Shown piece after piece: positions 61,463 through 64,000 of a DNA stretch of 64,000 nt. Numbering within the stretch: the stretch's first letter is position 1; each line of letters opens with the position of its first letter. The stretch spans positions 554 to 64,553 of the forward strand of contig JBAQRB010000024.1 in the NCBI GenBank assembly GCA_049295655.1, written 5' to 3'. The notes under the pieces are model-generated. The model made no database searches. It was not told where the DNA came from and saw only the letters and a list, made by a program, of their open reading frames with translations. The stretch comes from Rhodocyclaceae bacterium (GTDB lineage Bacteria; Pseudomonadota; Gammaproteobacteria; Burkholderiales; Rhodocyclaceae). The position numbers and the translations under genes are program-made.

Positions 61463-63895
61463 TCAATAGTCGAACTTCAGGCTGGCAAAGAAGGTTCGCT
61501 GTGCGTAAGGATACCAAGTGAAATACTTGGCGTTGCCGATGTTGTCGACACCGACCGATGCGGACCACTGCTTGGTGACCTTGTAGAGTACCTTGGCATC
61601 AAAAACATGGAAAGAACTCCGCCCGCCGTAAACGTTGGGATTGGGGTCCGGGTACTGCCGGGTCGTGGGGTTGAAAAGACCGCTATGCTGTCTTCCGCTG
61701 AAACGATAACCAAGGCTGTAGGAAAGCGCGTCCGACGCATGATAGGTACCGAGCAGCGACGCACGCCAGACGGGAACGAGCGGCAGTTCCGTATTCTCCA
61801 GACCGGGGGCCGCGACATCTTTCACGATACGCGAATGGATGTACGCAAGACTGCCGCTCAGATCCAGGCCACGCACCCACATATCGCTCGTTTGCAAAGC
61901 GGTTTCGACCCCGTAGGTGCGCACCTTATCGACGTTCTGGACACTGCTGATGCTGAAACCCGGCAGCGTCGCAATATCGCTCTGCGAGATGAGCGCATCC
62001 TTTTTCTCCTCCCCGAACAGCGAAGTGCGCCAGACGCCATTCTCGAGGAAACGCTCCATGGTGAGCTCCCACGCATCGGCAGTCTCCGGCTTGAGATTCG
62101 GATTATTGGTCAGCACCGAGTTATACGGCGCGGGGAACCCGGCGATTTGTGCAGGCGTGGCGTTCCCCCCGCCCACCGCCGTAATGCCGACGTTCTTGAA
62201 CAGCTCGCCGACCGTCGGAAAGCGCGTGCCCCGGCCAAAAGAGCTCCGCAACGTCCAATCCCGGGCGGCCTGGTAGGAAAGCGAAGCTTTGGGCGAGAAC
62301 GCATAAACCGTTTTGTCCTGATAGCTCACGTTGGCTCCGTTGGCGAAATTGCTCCCCCTGGACGCCTGCCATTTCTCGCCACGCCCCCCCAGCACCAGCT
62401 TCAGACTGGGGGAAAGTTGCCATGCATCCTGCGCATAGATCGCTTCGGTCGAGGTTTCCCCTCGGGAAGAGGTTCTCAGCGCACCGCTCGCGCTGCCCAG
62501 CCAGTTTCCTGCAGCGAGGGCATATTGATCCGACTTGGTCGTATAGGTATCGGTGTGGAAACCGAAGCTCAGCTGATGCCGGCTTTTTGCATGTCCATCG
62601 GGTCGCCAGATACCGCGCAGATCAAGGTTCTGCCAGCCGGTTCCGTCGGCAAAAGTGATGGTACCTGCCGTGGCTTCCGTGCTCGGTGTCATCCCAAAAT
62701 TGCCCGAAGAAGCACGGGTAACATCCTTGTTCTGATTGAAAGCACTGGCATTGACCTCCCAATCCCATGCCCCGCCGCTATTCGACTTCACCGCCAGCCC
62801 ATGCATGTGATATTCGCTGTCGGAGCGGCTGACACTCGGCGCGGTGACCGAGTAATCCTGGCCGTTGATCCGCACATACCGGAAGGGACCCGGTGTCGTA
62901 CTGGTGCCATAGATCGTGTTGCCGGCGACGTCCTTCAGGTAGCTGTCTATCTGTTTGTCGGATGTATTCTGCCAAACGTTGAAGGTATAAGTGGCGCGCA
63001 CCGTGGGTGAAAAATCATAGGCGACCTTGAGCGTGCCATCGTTCTTGACGGTATGGTCGATGCTGGTTGCCGCCGTGGTGACCCTGGCTTTGTTGGCGAT
63101 ATCCCGGTCGAACTGCGCGCCGCTGACCACGGTGTATTGTCCTGCGGCGGCAGCGGCACCTGTCTTGGCGCTAGCCGGCGTGAAATCGGTCGGATGGCTC
63201 TGGTTATCCAGATGGTCGGCGCTCAACCAGAACGACCAGTCGCCCACCTTGTCGCCCAGCGTTACCGCGCCATGCTTCCCGGTAAAGTTTTTGTCCGTGC
63301 CGTACAGCTTGAAATTTTCGCCGAAGACATCAACCTTCGCGTGCGCTTCAAACTTGCTCGGCATGTGCGTACTCATCAGCACGACACCGCCGATTGAATT
63401 TCCAGGATAAAGCGCAGAGAAAGGGCCATACATGACATCGACGCGGTCGATCGAGTCCTGCGATACCATGCCCCAGCGCGGGCCGGGGCAACAGCTGTTG
63501 TTGAGAAAGTTCGAGAGCAGCAGCCCATCCGCATAAACCATGGTTTGTGCGCTGGAATTGACGCCATACATGCGCATTGCCAAGCCGCCATTGACGTCGC
63601 CGATAAAGCGTTCGCGAACATGGACGCTTGGCAGATACAGCAGCGCACCAGCCGACGACACCGAATTGACACTTTCGGCGATTTGCTTGGCTGTCACACT
63701 TTCGACCGTATTGGGCGTGTTGGCCGGCACCGCGGGCTTGTCGGTCCCCGCTGAAATGTTCATTTCCTTGAGCTTGATTTCGCTTTCTTCGGCCCGGAGA
63801 TTGCCGGCGCAGAAAACACCCAGTGCTGCCACGACGGCAAGGGATAACGGGCTACGTTGACAAATCGTGGCAACATCCAGGGGTTTGCGACTCAT
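61463..63895 (-). CDS. TonB-dependent outer-membrane receptor
   Basis: Signal peptide, a plug domain with a TonB-box-like region, a large beta-barrel and the C-terminal ..FFASLKFDY terminal aromatic. It lies 26 nt upstream of the BNR gene, so the two are probably co-transcribed. Confidence 0.9.
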   Translation of the reverse strand: MSRKPLDVATICQRSPLSLAVVAALGVFCAGNLRAEESEIKLKEMNISAGTDKPAVPANTPNTVESVTAKQIAESVNSVSSAGALLYLPSVHVRERFIGDVNGGLAMRMYGVNSSAQTMVYADGLLLSNFLNNSCCPGPRWGMVSQDSIDRVDVMYGPFSALYPGNSIGGVVLMSTHMPSKFEAHAKVDVFGENFKLYGTDKNFTGKHGAVTLGDKVGDWSFWLSADHLDNQSHPTDFTPASAKTGAAAAAGQYTVVSGAQFDRDIANKARVTTAATSIDHTVKNDGTLKVAYDFSPTVRATYTFNVWQNTSDKQIDSYLKDVAGNTIYGTSTTPGPFRYVRINGQDYSVTAPSVSRSDSEYHMHGLAVKSNSGGAWDWEVNASAFNQNKDVTRASSGNFGMTPSTEATAGTITFADGTGWQNLDLRGIWRPDGHAKSRHQLSFGFHTDTYTTKSDQYALAAGNWLGSASGALRTSSRGETSTEAIYAQDAWQLSPSLKLVLGGRGEKWQASRGSNFANGANVSYQDKTVYAFSPKASLSYQAARDWTLRSSFGRGTRFPTVGELFKNVGITAVGGGNATPAQIAGFPAPYNSVLTNNPNLKPETADAWELTMERFLENGVWRTSLFGEEKKDALISQSDIATLPGFSISSVQNVDKVRTYGVETALQTSDMWVRGLDLSGSLAYIHSRIVKDVAAPGLENTELPLVPVWRASLLGTYHASDALSYSLGYRFSGRQHSGLFNPTTRQYPDPNPNVYGGRSSFHVFDAKVLYKVTKQWSASVGVDNIGNAKYFTWYPYAQRTFFASLKFDY

Positions 63896-64000
63896 GATGC
63901 TTGACTCCATTTTCTGATTTAATCGAATTTCAAATACCCGGCAGCGATTAGCGCGCCGGCTCGGTCACAAACGCAATCTTCACAATCCCCGCCCGCTGCG

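Noticed and set aside
1-64000. I searched for rRNA, tRNA, tmRNA, integrase or transposase genes, prophage modules and riboswitch-like leaders, for example upstream of corA and the TonB receptor.
   Set aside because: Nothing resembling conserved rRNA or tRNA sequence or cloverleaf-compatible segments was noticed. No recombinase-like ORFs are present. The leaders are too short, or cut off by the window edge at 64000, to support a riboswitch call by eye.

Overview
GC-rich chromosomal segment. Gene content and synteny look betaproteobacterial (Rhodocyclales-like, e.g. Dechloromonas/Azonexus); that is my inference, not a search result. I saw no rRNA, tRNA, CRISPR array, transposase or integrase. 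Left third, mixed strands: an HD-GYP protein, tpx, a single-polypeptide MmeI-like type IIG restriction-modification enzyme followed by higBA and a DUF2283/DUF2442 pair, a DOMON-like protein, namZ-like, dinB, ykgJ-like, an operon of HD-GYP response regulator + hybrid kinase + alpha/beta hydrolase, corA, fadD and a CBS protein. Middle, plus strand: an AT-richer sensorless kinase + REC-TPR pair, then an ABC exporter, DUF1854 and two tandem cyanophycin synthetase genes. From about 58210 down to 30715 roughly 30 genes run uninterrupted on the minus strand: (i) a clade-II-type nos cluster (Sec-type nosZ, two c-type cytochromes, nosB-D-G-H-F-L-Y, tlpA) with three FNR/DNR-type boxes; (ii) heme d1 genes nirF-nirDL-nirG-nirH; (iii) a tightly coupled signalling operon. 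That operon holds three paralogous histidine kinases, five same-subfamily REC domains, GGDEF-EAL, HD-GYP, HDOD, a genuine MglA-type small GTPase with no MglB, and a REC-fused GspE/PilB-type ATPase with no secretion or pilus partners. I consider it the best candidate for an undescribed system. Divergent from nosZ lie a Cu-chaperone operon (SCO, PCuAC) and a TonB-dependent receptor + BNR-propeller operon. Three intergenic regions carry a distinctive long inverted-repeat element built from tandem 9-nt units. Many long ORFs in the six-frame track are GC-driven shadow ORFs and were rejected. Several ORF starts were moved to internal ATGs supported by Shine-Dalgarno (SD) sequences or by stop/start overlaps.
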